A stretch of DNA of 64,000 nucleotides, from contig NW_026852366.1 of the NCBI RefSeq assembly GCF_026571515.1, positions 124,001-188,000 of the forward strand. The letters run 5' to 3'. Positions 1 to 11,777 of the stretch are shown here, one piece after another. Within the stretch, counting starts at the first letter, position 1; every line of letters starts with the position of its first letter. Made by a program: the position numbers and the translations under genes. The notes under the pieces are model-generated. The model had not been told where the DNA came from. It saw only the letters and a list, made by a program, of their open reading frames with translations, and ran no database searches. The DNA comes from Ruditapes philippinarum. Taxonomy: Eukaryota.

Positions 1-680
1 AAAACATGGATCAAGAATGCGAAGGCATGCTTTCTAGGGAACATAGATAAACAACAAAAAAGAAGTTCTGTTCCTAAGGAACAAATCGATGAACAAAAAA
101 ATGTTAAACTTTTCAAAGCAAGCCTTCCGTAAATGTACCACCCACGCAGGAGGACAGAACGTTTGATTCTATGCAACAAACGAAACGCCAACCCAAGCAA
201 GATAGACTCCGTCATTAAAAACAGAATCAAAAGCATGTAGCTTGTCCAGCATTACCAAAGTAAGAATTACAATGACAGTTCCAGTTATTCGATGATATGG
301 ATACCATGGATGAAAATGTGAATTATGCTTTACGATATTCTTCAAGGATGCAGCATGTCAAGAATGAATGGCTGATGAACAAAAAGAATTCTTGTAGTTC
401 CCCTCTTAATAACAGAGAAAACAATTAATAAATTACCATCGCTCCCTAACGATACATCGAGGAATAACAGCAGAGGTATCCAGTATAACTGATATAACAG
501 AAAACGCAGATTCTTAGATATCAACAGTAATAACCCAATGTGTTATTCAACCCACTTTTAATAGTTTGGGATACATCAACGAAAAAACCGTAAAGTATGG
601 CAGACGCCATAATAGTCTCCCCTGTTTCTGAATGTCACTACCCCGGTATCCCCCTTAGATTAGGTACAAACTGAAAAAGT
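1..680 (+). pseudogene. Indel-riddled copy of the Ser/Thr/Pro-rich terminal exon seen at 9230-9742; the gene starts left of the window
   Basis: Collinear with 9230-9760 (e.g. gtgaattatgctttacgatattcttcaaggatgcagcatgtcaagaatgaatgg) but with many 1-nt indels. These look like consensus errors, so it may be an intact exon. Confidence 0.55.
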
Positions 681-1286
681 GATAGAATAGGCTAACTATT
701 ATAATGGAATATATGATAATTCAAAATTCTGTTTTTTAAGGTATAAATACAAAAATGATAAATCGAAGTTTTTGCCATCCAAATAGATTGAAGCAGCCTA
801 TAGAAATAGATATAATATTCTGCTGATTATTACAATCTTAAAACAGTGACCGTAACAAAACAAAAAACACATTTTCATATCTATATGTACGTATTTCTTT
901 GAACGCTTTCTTTGTTATGATTATGACGTCACGTTAAATTATATTTTAATTTCGTGAAAACACTTTCCGATATATCATCATAAAAATAATAAAAGTTGTG
1001 TTGGGTTAGCTTTTTATTATAAAAATAACTCAAATTACATGATTACACAGATGTTTTCATAATTTTCCACGAAATTTTCTTTTTTGTATATGAATGAATT
1101 GCAAAATATTAATAAATTATATGGATTGCATTTTATGATCCAATTTAGCATTTGCATTTATAATCCAATATGACGATTACTGTGCAATCACTTACTAATA
1201 GGATGAAGAGTATCAACATGATTCTTTTCATTGTTATTTACGCGAATCACCACATGTTACAAATTTATAATTGCTAGTGTGTACTT

Positions 1287-1606
1287 TAGTTCCGCCCATT
1301 GTTTTCTCGTTTAGGGCACACGCGTTCTATTACTTGGGGACCATACGCCGCTTTTCATGGAATGGCACTACTGTGTCACATTCAAGGTTCCATGATAACC
1401 ATCGTATGTACACATCTGCAGATGTTTATAAATTCAAAATTTCATGTTTAAATGTTGAATTCTGCTTAAGCTGGTGCTAGGGGACGTGGACGGTAGTTCG
1501 CACTTGACGGTATCGTCCATGAACAGGCTCAATCAAAACGAACCTGCAACATTTTCAATTTTGCCGTTTTGTGTTTCTTTGGGTATTCTTGTTTTCTCTA
1601 TTTAGT
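1287..1606 (+). mobile_element. Dispersed repeat insertion (probable 3' part of a V-SINE-like element)
   Basis: Absent at the matching site of copy 2 (~10500) and bounded by the direct repeat tttagt. Its core (ccatgaacaggctcaatcaaa..gaacctgcaacattttc) recurs at 28300-28470 (-) and 48385-48475 (+); its left part recurs at 37540-37740 (-). Confidence 0.65.
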
Positions 1607-2925
1607 CATAGTAATTCTTGTTATTATCGATACTATCTTCATCGTTTAATCCTACATTTCCGCGCTTGCAAGTAGCAAGATGTGTTTACTTAACAAGTTT
1701 GTTAAGTGTAAATTAATGTTCACATTTCAGTTTATGCTTTAAATGTCTGTATAGTTGACTAAGAGTTATAATATTTTGGTATATTTTTTATTCTTATTGA
1801 TCTAAAAAATTGACACATCGTCACTAAATGGTATTCGTTTTCAACCAAAGTAATGCTACATTTAGTGCACTGTTAAATCGTGTTTATCAATATTACGATG
1901 TTTGACTTCTTATATCAACAAGTCAGGGACAGAGTGTATTAACCTACATAATGCATTTCAATAAATTACATTGTTAATTAAATACAGTTAAGGCATAAAT
2001 TTATCCATGGACAATTCGTGTTTGGAGAAGCAATATGTATTTTATTTTGCCATTAAACCCCACTTGAATGTATTGATCTTTTGATTTACATTTGAAATAT
2101 CAGAATAGTTCCACAAATACGAAAACCAAGATCATCTTATCATTCTTACACCTCAAAAGACCGTTTATTTGCAAACACATCATTAACATCAACAAATTTC
2201 TTAATCAATATTCATCAATGAATCATGATTGTTTTTTAACTTTTGAAAAAATATTTTAACAATCTTGATTTCTATATACACATACCAAGGAAATCTTCCT
2301 AGATTAATTGATTAACAAGCCTATTTTAGAAATTTAGCGGGCAAACATTAAATCTAGTTAACGACTTATATAAGATTGCACACCTCATTGAATTCTTTTG
2401 TCTTATAAAAGTAAATATACTATTTGGTGACACGGAAGTTCGTTTGTTAATACATTGGATTTAATGAATTGTTGATAAAACCATTTAGAGCAGTTAGAAG
2501 CATGACACAAAAAGTTTATTTTTGGATAATCATGTATATGTTACGGATAAGTCTAGGTAATTTTAAAGAAAGTATCTTTCAAAATTTGTATAGATAAATA
2601 ATATGTATTTAATAAATCTTGCATCCATAAGTATAAAATTTACAAAATTTCAAGTATATAACTATCTTTAACATTAACGTAAATACTTATTATTTCAATG
2701 ATAACCTACTTTCTAGACGATGCATTTCCTAATCGCATTGGAAAGTGCTTTTAATATTTTTTCTAAACTGGTCCATGCTTTGCGTTTCTATTTCGTTATC
2801 TATTTTATTTTTAAAGATGTCACTGTTTTGCGCCAGTACATAAAATGCTGGTTGTCATTAAAATTATTCTTCAGAAAGGGTTGAAGTATATTGGAATTAA
2901 AACTAAGGCTATTTTCCTGACATTA

Positions 2926-4712
2926 CTGTCGTAATCGATTTTTCTTGCTGTAAGGTTTGGAGTTACTTTTCGTGCACGTAAGTACGCAAAAGAAGAACGT
3001 CTTTTGGTTATTAAAAAGATATTACAAAATGCCGGTTAATACCAATAAAATCAATTTTATAATCTATTTTGTTTCCGGTCGTACATTCGTAAATACATTC
3101 TCTTATCTGAACGGAATGTATCACTAAAACATGTATAAAGCAAACATGATAACAATTTGTATCTATATTATCTATATTATCTCGATTACAGTTATTCGAT
3201 CAGATATTCTGGAACTATTAAATGAAGAAGCATGATTGTGACTCATATAAGGTTCAAACCAATGATCTATGGATGATTTTTGATACATTGTGCATCTTTT
3301 AAAAAGATATCAATATTTGTATTATTCATTAGCGGGACATAAAATATGATTTTTATTTAGTGCAGACAGCAGACGGCTATGACGCAAAGTCAGTAGGGGT
3401 AATAATAGGAATAGTTCTAATTCCTTTAGTGATAATAATGGTAATTGTCATCATAATTGTCATATGTTTGAAGAAGAATTGGCAAAGTAAAATACATCAA
3501 AGACGAAGAAGTAGAAGAAGCAGAGAAACAAAATCAAGCACAACTAGAACTGTTCATCAACGGGAAACAACAACTACTGGTAAAAATATGCATTAAATAT
3601 TTTCATTGCAATATTATACTCAGTAATTAAATAACGCATTCTTTCGCAAATCTTGCAAACGCCGAGCACTAATATATATATTTGTTAAAACATTAATTTA
3701 AACATTCAAATATTAATAAATTATGTATATTGACAGACACACCAATTGAAAGATTACCAGACATTCAAGAAGAAGACGACACTGCTGGATTGTCTTATAC
3801 GAGCATAACAGATCAATCTAAAGTTACACTTTTTCAAAAAGATACAGTGTCAAGAGATGGTAACGAAGAAAAAGTAGAAAGTGACGAAGAAAAAGTAGAC
3901 AAAGATAAAGTTAACAAGACACAAGAAAAATGTTCAATAGAAATAGAAAGAGTATAGTCAGAATCTGAAGAGCCAGGATCTTCTGAGATAAAAGAAGAGC
4001 CATGTCCATCTGGAGAGGATTTTATCGAAAACACCAGATTGGAAAACGACCCATGTCAGGGTATAAAAAGTGAAGTATCCATTATGCGTGTGTTTGAAAA
4101 TGAAAGTATTTTGATGTACCGTATTTGAATTCTACAAAAAATATTGTCATTGAGTACGACCCGGCTATGACATACAAAAGGGAACGAGAATTGAAATCAA
4201 AAAGTGACGATAGTCTCCATTTAACGTGTATAAGATGTAAAGAAAATGACATCGCTCCTAGAGATTTTGAATTTACCCGAGACGACAGTGACTTGAATCT
4301 CAAATCTCAAAGTAAGATAGAAATTGACGCACAGTTAGAAACAAAGATAACAAGTAGTTCTGAAGGCACATTACTAGACGATAAGAAGAGAAATGCATTG
4401 AAAAGAAAATCATCTTTAAAATACAAAGTGACAAAGAATTCGATTCAATGGAATTTCAATTATGTATCTCCGTATGCATTAACAGATAAACAAAAGCGCG
4501 AAAATAATGAGTTAAAACTCAAAATTCAGAGGCAAAGAAAACAGGCATTGAGAAGAAAGTTCTTCGAGAAAGAGAGAAAGCAGTATGAAAATCATTTAGC
4601 ATTTGAGAAATGGAAACGACAGAAACACGAGACAAATTTTAAACATTATAGACAAGACATATGGTCCATTTACAGAACAAAATTAGATAGCAATATACAC
4701 TGGTATCCTTAG
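2926..4712 (+). pseudogene. Gene A: pseudogene of the 3-exon ectodomain-less single-pass membrane protein
   Basis: Exons 2926-2977, 3361-3579 (TM: GVIIGIVLIPLVIIMVIVIIIVICLKK) and 3737-4712. Compared with gene B: start ATG>CTG (2926), in-frame TAA (2932), TAG (3955) and a frameshifting deletion near 4112. Confidence 0.8.
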
Positions 4713-4749
4713 CCGATTTTTCTTACTGTTATCACTCTAACTTTGTTAA

Positions 4750-5030
4750 AGGGGCGTCCGTGGCCGAGTGGTTAAGGTCGTTGACTTTAAACCGCTTGCC
4801 CCTCACCACTGTGGGTTCGAATCCTGATAGGGACTTTGAATTCTTTCATGTGAGGTCGCTATCCAGCCAGCTTACGGAACGTCGGTGGTTCTATTTAGAT
4901 ACCCTTTCGTGCCTGAAATAATGCGCACGGAAGGGCACATGAAGTCTTCCTCCACCAGTAAAGCTGGAACGTCGCAATGTGACCTATACTGTTTCGGTGT
5001 AACGTAAAACCCAATAAAACAAACAACAAA
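4750..5030 (+). mobile_element. tRNA-derived SINE (resembles bivalve Meta-domain SINEs, from memory)
   Basis: A box tggccgagtgg, B box ggttcgaatcc, conserved body (gctatccagc..gcttacggaacgtcggtggttcta...gtcttcctccaccagtaaagctg) and A/C-rich tail. Absent at the paralogous site ~13738; further copies occur in the window. Confidence 0.85.
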
Positions 5031-5071
5031 CTTTCAACTTTAAAAGAAATGTTAAATTTTTGGAGTTATAT

Positions 5072-7015
5072 AAACAAGAGGGCCATGATGGCCCTAGATC
5101 GCTCACCTGACTTATCAAACTCATCCAAACAATTACCTAGACAAGCATTCTGACCAAGTCTCATGACAGGTGAGTCAAAAATGTGACCACTACAGTGTTA
5201 ACAAGGATTATCCATATTTGAGCAGTGCGACCTAGTTTTTTACCCAGGTGACACATATTCAAACTTGACCTAGAAATCATCAAAACAAACTTTCAGACCA
5301 ATTTCCAGGATACTTGGATCAAAACAGTAGCAACTAGAGTGTTAACAAGATTTTTCTATTTTTAGCTCCGGTGACCTAGTTTCACATGCGATTTCGAACT
5401 CATCCAAGCAATTACCTAGACAAGCATCCTGACCAAGTTTGATGATAATTGAGTCGAAAATGTGACCACTAGAATGTTAACAAGGTTTTTCCATATTTGG
5501 GCGGTGTGACCTAGTTTTTTATCCAAGATGACCCATGTTCGATATTGACTTAGAAATCATCAAAACAAACTTTCAGACCAATTAACAGAATATTTGGATC
5601 ACAACAGTAGCCACTAGAGTGTTAACAAGATTTTTCTATTTTTAGCTCCTGTGACCTAGTTTTTCATCCGAGATGTCCCATGTTCGATTTGTTCCCAGCA
5701 ATGACCTAGACAAGTTTCCTGACCAAGTTTGCTGACAATTGAGTCAAAATTGTGACCACTAGAGTGTTAACAAGGTTTTTCTATTTTTAGCTCCGGTGAC
5801 CTACTTTTTCATCCGAGATGACCCATGTTCGAACTCATCCGAGCTATCACCTAGACAAGCATCTTGATCAAGTTTGATGATGATTAATGCAAAAATGTGA
5901 CCGCTAGAGTGTTAACAAGGTTTTTTCTATTTTTAGCTCCGGTGACCTACTTTTTCATCCGAGATGACCCATGTTCAAACTCATCCGAGCTATCACCTAG
6001 ACAAACATCTTGACCAAATTTGATGATGACTGATGCAAAAATGTGACCGCTAGTGTGTTAACAAGGTTTTTCTATTTTTAGCTCCGGTGACCTACTTTTT
6101 CATCCGAGATGACCCATGTTCAAACTCATCCGCGCTATCACCTAGACAAGCATCCTGACCAAGTTTGATGATGATTGATGCAAAGATGTGACCGCTAGAG
6201 TGTTAACAAGGTTTTTTTTATTTTTAGCTCCGGTGACCTACTTTTTCATCCGAGATGACCCATGTTCAAACTCATTCAAGCTATCAACTAGATAAGCAAT
6301 CTGACCAAGTTTGATGATTATTGATGCAAAAATGTGACCGCTAGAGTGTTAACAAGGTTTTTCTATTTAAAGCTCCTGTGACCTAGTTTTTCATCCGAGA
6401 TGACCCATATTCGATCTCATCGGAGCTATTATCTAAACAAGCATCCTGACAAAGTTTGACGATGATTGGGTCAAAAATGTGACCACTAGAGTGTTCACAA
6501 TGTATTTCTATTTTTAGCTCATGTGACCTAGTTTTTCATCCGAGATGAGCCATGTTCGAACTCATCCAAGCAATTGACTAGACAAGCATTCTGACCAAGT
6601 TTGATGATGATTGGTTCAAAAATGTAACCACTAGAGTGTTCACAAGGTTTTTCTATTTATAGCTCCTGTGACCTACTTTTTCATCCGAGATGACCCATGT
6701 TCGAACTCATCCGAGTTATCACCTAGACAAACATCCTGACCAAGTTTGATGATGATTGGGTCAAAATTGTGACCTCTAGTGTGTTCACAAGGTTTTTCTA
6801 TTTTTAGCTCTTGTGACCTAGTTTTTCATCCGAGATGAGCCATGTTTGAACTCATCCGAGCTTTCAACTAGATAAGCATCCTGACCAAGTTTGATGATGA
6901 TTGAGGCAAAAATGCGACCGCTAGAGTGTTCACAAGCAATTGTGGACGTACGACGGACGACGGACATTCACCGACCCTAAAAGCTCACCCTGAGCAAGCT
7001 CAGGTGAGCGTAAAA
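5072..7015 (-). mobile_element. Non-autonomous Helentron/HINE-type element with an internal array of ~12.5 x 145 bp
   Basis: One end is aacaagagggccatgatggccctagatcgctcacctg (hairpin plus subterminal IR); the other is gctcaccctgagcaagctcaggtgagc, preceded by a (ggac)n microsatellite. Unit starts at 5614, 5759, 5904, 6050, 6195, 6341, 6486, 6631, 6776, 6921. Absent from copy 2. Confidence 0.85.
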
Positions 7016-8324
7016 TTATATGAAATATTAAACGACACAAACGAACGCGCATTTATGCGCTATTTGATTGTTTCAGACCCAGACGTTCCAACATATGCTA
7101 CATAACATACATGTCCGTCATTCAGTTACAGTAAGAGCACGTACCATTCTACAAGTAACACAATATCATCAATTTGTAACTTTTATTACCTTTTTCACAG
7201 AGTAATAAGTTCGCAACGCACCCCATGAGAATGTAATGGAAATATGATTATGATGTACTTAAAATGATTAAGTAAAATTTGGGACCAACGGATTACAAAT
7301 TATATATATTTTTTAGTTACAAAAGAAGTTTTTTTCGGATTTTATTTATACATGTTTGTCTGAATTTCAAAAAATGTGATATGTGTCTCTTAATACTAAA
7401 ACCTTATTTAATAAAATGTATTTTAGGCTTATCAGTATTTTTCTCATTTACATACAGGTACAGTACCCGTTTCAAGCGAGTTTCACTAACCAAATGATTT
7501 TGTTAGTTTATCAGTTTGATATGCAGTGCTTGACTTGCATTTTTAACAATCATCATTAATTAAATGTTCAGAGTATTGATGTAACAAGTAATTTTGTTCT
7601 CTTTGAGTTGAATATCAATCAATAATAATTGTTTTTGTTTGTTTGTTTTTGTTTGTTTTTGATTTTGTTTGTTTGTTGTTGTTGGTTTTTATATATGTTA
7701 ATAGACATCGAAATTTGTGCAGACGACATGATAGTCTAACTCATTTCCCGAGATGACACTTTCGGTCTCACCCTGTGTTGACAGACTGTGTTGTGGTACC
7801 ATATGTGTAATGTTTACCGTGAATACATTTTATTTAACGCAAAATATTAATTAAAAAGTACGATTATAAAGAGATTTTCTGTTACAGTTGGAGGGGAAGA
7901 AACGAATCTTATTTTTTTTAAAAATAAAACAACCAAAAACAAAGAAAAAACACAGACAAATTTTCATGTCTGTTTTATCATTCGACTTATATACAAAAAT
8001 ATTTAAAGAAAATAGTAAATTAAAAACAGTATACATTTTTGTTTAGATATTTCTAAACTATATAGTAATTGTATTGTTTAGCTTTCGCCCCCTCCTTTAA
8101 GCCTTTAACGATTATTTTTTAAACAATAACACGCTTCAAGCTTGATATGTTGTTACACCTTAAATTTCGTACCTTGATATACCCAGCTTTAAACGTTTCT
8201 TTTTGTTTTAATTAACGTATTAAATAATCATTTGTATGAAGTTACACGTCTCATTGGCTTCTTTTGTCTTTTGAAAGTATGACGGAATCTAACGTAAATA
8301 AACCCCAACAGGACTAAATGAAAA

Positions 8325-8373
8325 ATGACGCATAGAATTATTTTGTGGATTTATATTCTACTTATATGCTGAG
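8325..8373 (+). pseudogene. Gene C': signal-peptide exon of the duplicate of gene C, with a nonsense codon
   Basis: Reads MTHRIILWIYILLIC* followed by g|gtaatt; CGA>TGA at 8370 relative to 15059-15107. Confidence 0.7.
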
Positions 8374-8784
8374 GTAATTTTAAAGGATCTATTTTAATAT
8401 GTTAACAAGTTAAATGTTGATGCTGCACATCAAAGACGCCGCCAAATGATGTAAACAGATACAGGTGATGTACAAAATCAGAATTGAAAATCGTTCTCTT
8501 TTCCGAAGCACTTATTATTTTTTCTCCATGTTCTTGGTATGTGTCTGAAATTCTGAAATGTTTGTCTGTTGCGACAAAGATTGAAACGTCTGGTCGAAGC
8601 AAAATAGATTGGATAATAAGTGAAAGTGAAATGATTGGTAAACTTAAAATAAATTCAAGACAATATGTGCCTAGAATATGTCCATTTAAATATTGGTGCG
8701 AATTGCTTAACGTTCGAATGATTTTGAGGACGAACTGTCTGTTTTTTTACAAATAGCGAAAATATGTCTGTAATATCAAATAAT

Positions 8785-8968
8785 NNNNNNNNNNNNNNNN
8801 NNNNNNNNNNNNNNNNNNNNNNNNNNNNNNNNNNNNNNNNNNNNNNNNNNNNNNNNNNNNNNNNNNNNNNNNNNNNNNNNNNNNNNNNNNNNNNNNNNNN
8901 NNNNNNNNNNNNNNNNNNNNNNNNNNNNNNNNNNNNNNNNNNNNNNNNNNNNNNNNNNNNNNNNNNNN
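8785..8968. other. Assembly gap (N run)
   Basis: Run of n characters. Confidence 1.
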
Positions 8969-9232
8969 GACTCGGTTCGTATTTTTTCCAGGGGTGTGTT
9001 TAAATGTAAACATGACAGTTCTGTTAGCTGAAGAGACTTCAGCGAACATCAAAATAAAAGTGACATTTAAAGTGATGGAAGCCAGTTCTCATAGTTTAAC
9101 AAAGAGGAATATGAGTATATATGAAGATGCATGTACACAGATAGAATGAAGTCCCTATGTCTATGCACATTTACTATATGACCTGTTGACCTTGACCAAA
9201 AAAAATGTTAGATCTGTAGAATTCATAAAAAT
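8969..9232 (+). repeat. Copy of IGHMBP2 intron-6 segment 51040-51303
   Basis: Near-identical over ~260 bp (ccaggggtgtgtt...gacagttctgttagctgaagagacttcagcgaacatc...gtagaattcataaa). Confidence 0.9.
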
Positions 9233-9742
9233 GTATCACCAATGCGGGAGGGACAGAAGTTTGATTCTATGCAATCAAAAGAAACGCCAGCAAGAGATAT
9301 TACTCCGCCATTTAAAACAGAATCAGTGTATGTAGCTCGTCCAGCATTACCAAGTGAGAATACAAAGACAGTTCCAGTATTTGATGATATAATAATGGAT
9401 GAAGATGTGAATTATGCTTTACGATATTCTTCAAGGATGCAGCATGTCAAGAATGAATGGCATGAACAAAAGAATTCTGGGAGTTCCCCTCTTATAACAG
9501 AGAAAACAATAATATTACCGTCGTCTCCTAACGACACATCGAGGAATAACAGCAGAGGTATCAGTATAACTGATATAGCAGAAACGCAGATGCTAGATAT
9601 CAACAGTAATAACACTATGTTATCACCATTTAATAGTTTGGATACATCAACGAAAACCGGAAACTTTGCAGACGGCATTATTGTCTCCCCTGTTTCTGAG
9701 ATGTCACTACCAGTATCCCCCTCAGATAGTACAATAACTTGA
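9230..9742 (+). pseudogene. 5'-truncated terminal exon encoding a Ser/Thr/Pro-rich low-complexity tail (166-aa ORF)
   Basis: Clean ORF 9242-9742, but the upstream continuation present in copy 1 (1-130) is replaced by the IGHMBP2-intron-like fragment. Confidence 0.55.
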
Positions 9743-11777
9743 AAAATGTGATATGAATAGGCTAACAGTATATTGAATGATTGATGTTTCAAATTCTGTA
9801 TTTTTAGGTTATTAAATACAAAAATATAATTCGAGTTTGTGGCATCAAATAGATGAAGCAGTATAGGAATAAGATATAATATTCTGATTATTACAATCTA
9901 AAAACAGTGACCGTAACAAAACAAAACATTTTCATATCTATATGTACGTATTTCTTTGTACGCTTTCTTTATATGCATGATTATGACGTCACGTTAAATT
10001 ATACTTATGAATACTGCCGTGCAAAATCATTTCTGTAGAGTGGAAAATAATCTTTTAATGTATAATATATTGGACAATCTTGGGGATCTTGTTTGTTAAT
10101 GAAAAGAGTCATTATTTAGAAAACTTGACTCCATTATATTGCCTTTTTATATTCCGTGTACACTTTCCAATATATCATCATAAAATTAATGAAGGTTGTT
10201 GTGTTTAGTTTTTCTATTAATAATAACTTATGTTACATGATTACACAGATGTTTTCATGATTTTCCACGTAAGTTTCTTTTTTTGTAAATGCATAAATTG
10301 CAAAACATATTAATATATTTATATTTATATGGATTGCATTTATCATCCAATATAACAATTGCATTTATAATCCAATATGACGAGTGCAGTGCAATATCTT
10401 ACTAATAGGATGGAGAGTTATTGTATCAAAATGATTCTTTTCATTGTTATTTACGCGAATGACCATACTTTGCAAATTTAAATTTGCTAATATGTACTTC
10501 AGTCATAGTAAATTTTGTTATTATCGATACTATCGTCATCCTTTAACCCTACATGTCCGCACTTGCAAGTAGCAAGATATGTATACTTAACAAGTTTGTT
10601 TAGTGTACATTAATGTTTACATTTCAGCATATGCTTTAAATTGCTGTATAGTTGACTAAGAATTGTAATATTTTGGTAGGTATTTCATTCTCATTGTTTT
10701 AATATATAGACACACCGTTTTCAACCAAAGTCATACTACATTTAGTGCACTTTTAAATCGTGTTAATCAATAGTTTGATGTTTGTCTTATATCAACAAGC
10801 CATGGACAGAGTGTATAAACCTTCATAATGCATTTCAATAAGTACATTGTTAATCAAATATAATTAAGACATTTATCTAAAGAAAATTCGTTTTTAAAGA
10901 AGCAATAAGTATTTCATTGCACCATTAAACCCCATTTGAATGTATTGATATTTCAATTTACATTTTTACATTTGAAATATCAGTCTGAGAATAGTTCCAT
11001 AAAACGAACACTAAGATCATCTAATATCTAACCCCCAAAAGACCATCAATTTACAAATAATCATTAACATCAACAATTTCTTAATCGTTATTCATCAATG
11101 CATCATGCTTGTTCTTCAACTTTTGAAAAGATTTTAACAATCTTGTTTTCTATATACACTTACAAAGGAGGAAGTCTTCCTAGATTAATTGTTAAGCAAG
11201 TCCATTTTTGAAATTTAGCAGGGAATCAGTATATTTAGTTAACAACTTGTATAAGATTACACACCTCATTGAATACTTTTGTCTTATAAAAGTTATTATA
11301 CTATTTGGTGACACGGAAGTTCGTTCGTTAATACATTGGATTTAATGAATTGTCGATAAAATAATTTAAAAGCATGACACAAAAAATTAATATATGGATA
11401 ATCATGTATATGTTACGGATAAGTCTAGGTAATTTAAAAGAAAGTATCTTTTAAAATTTGTATTGATAAATAATATGTATTTAATAAATCTTGCATCCAT
11501 AAGTATCAAATTTACAAATTTAAAAGTATCTTACTATATTTAACATTAACGTAAATACTTTCTAAAAGATGCATTTCCTATAAATCGCATTGAAAAGTGT
11601 CAGAAATATTTTTTCTATACTGGTCCGCGCTTTGCGTTTCCATTTCGTAATCTATTTTCAAAGATGTCACTGTTTTGCGCCAGTACATAAAATGCTGGTT
11701 GTCATTAAAAGCATTATTCAGAAAGATATGGGTGGAATAATATTGGAATTAAAACTAAGTCTATTTTTCTGCCGTTA

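Larger units (their letters stand above)
130..8403 (+). repeat. Segmental duplicate (copy 1) of 9230-15140
   Basis: Continuous collinear similarity through coding and non-coding DNA, interrupted by copy-1-specific insertions at ~1290-1606, 4750-5030 and 5072-7015. Confidence 0.9.

Noticed and set aside
924-931. CRE palindrome tgacgtca (also 9984-9991)
   Set aside because: A single 8-mer shared only because of the duplication; no independent support.
4750-4832. Functional tRNA gene
   Set aside because: It has A/B boxes but no closed acceptor stem, and it continues into a multi-copy SINE body.
5110-6940. Regular repeat arrays (also 45400-46690, 56750-57400, 62915-63700) as CRISPR
   Set aside because: Contiguous tandem monomers with no unique spacers and no cas genes, in eukaryotic DNA, bounded by HINE termini.
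8747-9052. ORFs crossing the N run
   Set aside because: Artefacts of translating the gap.
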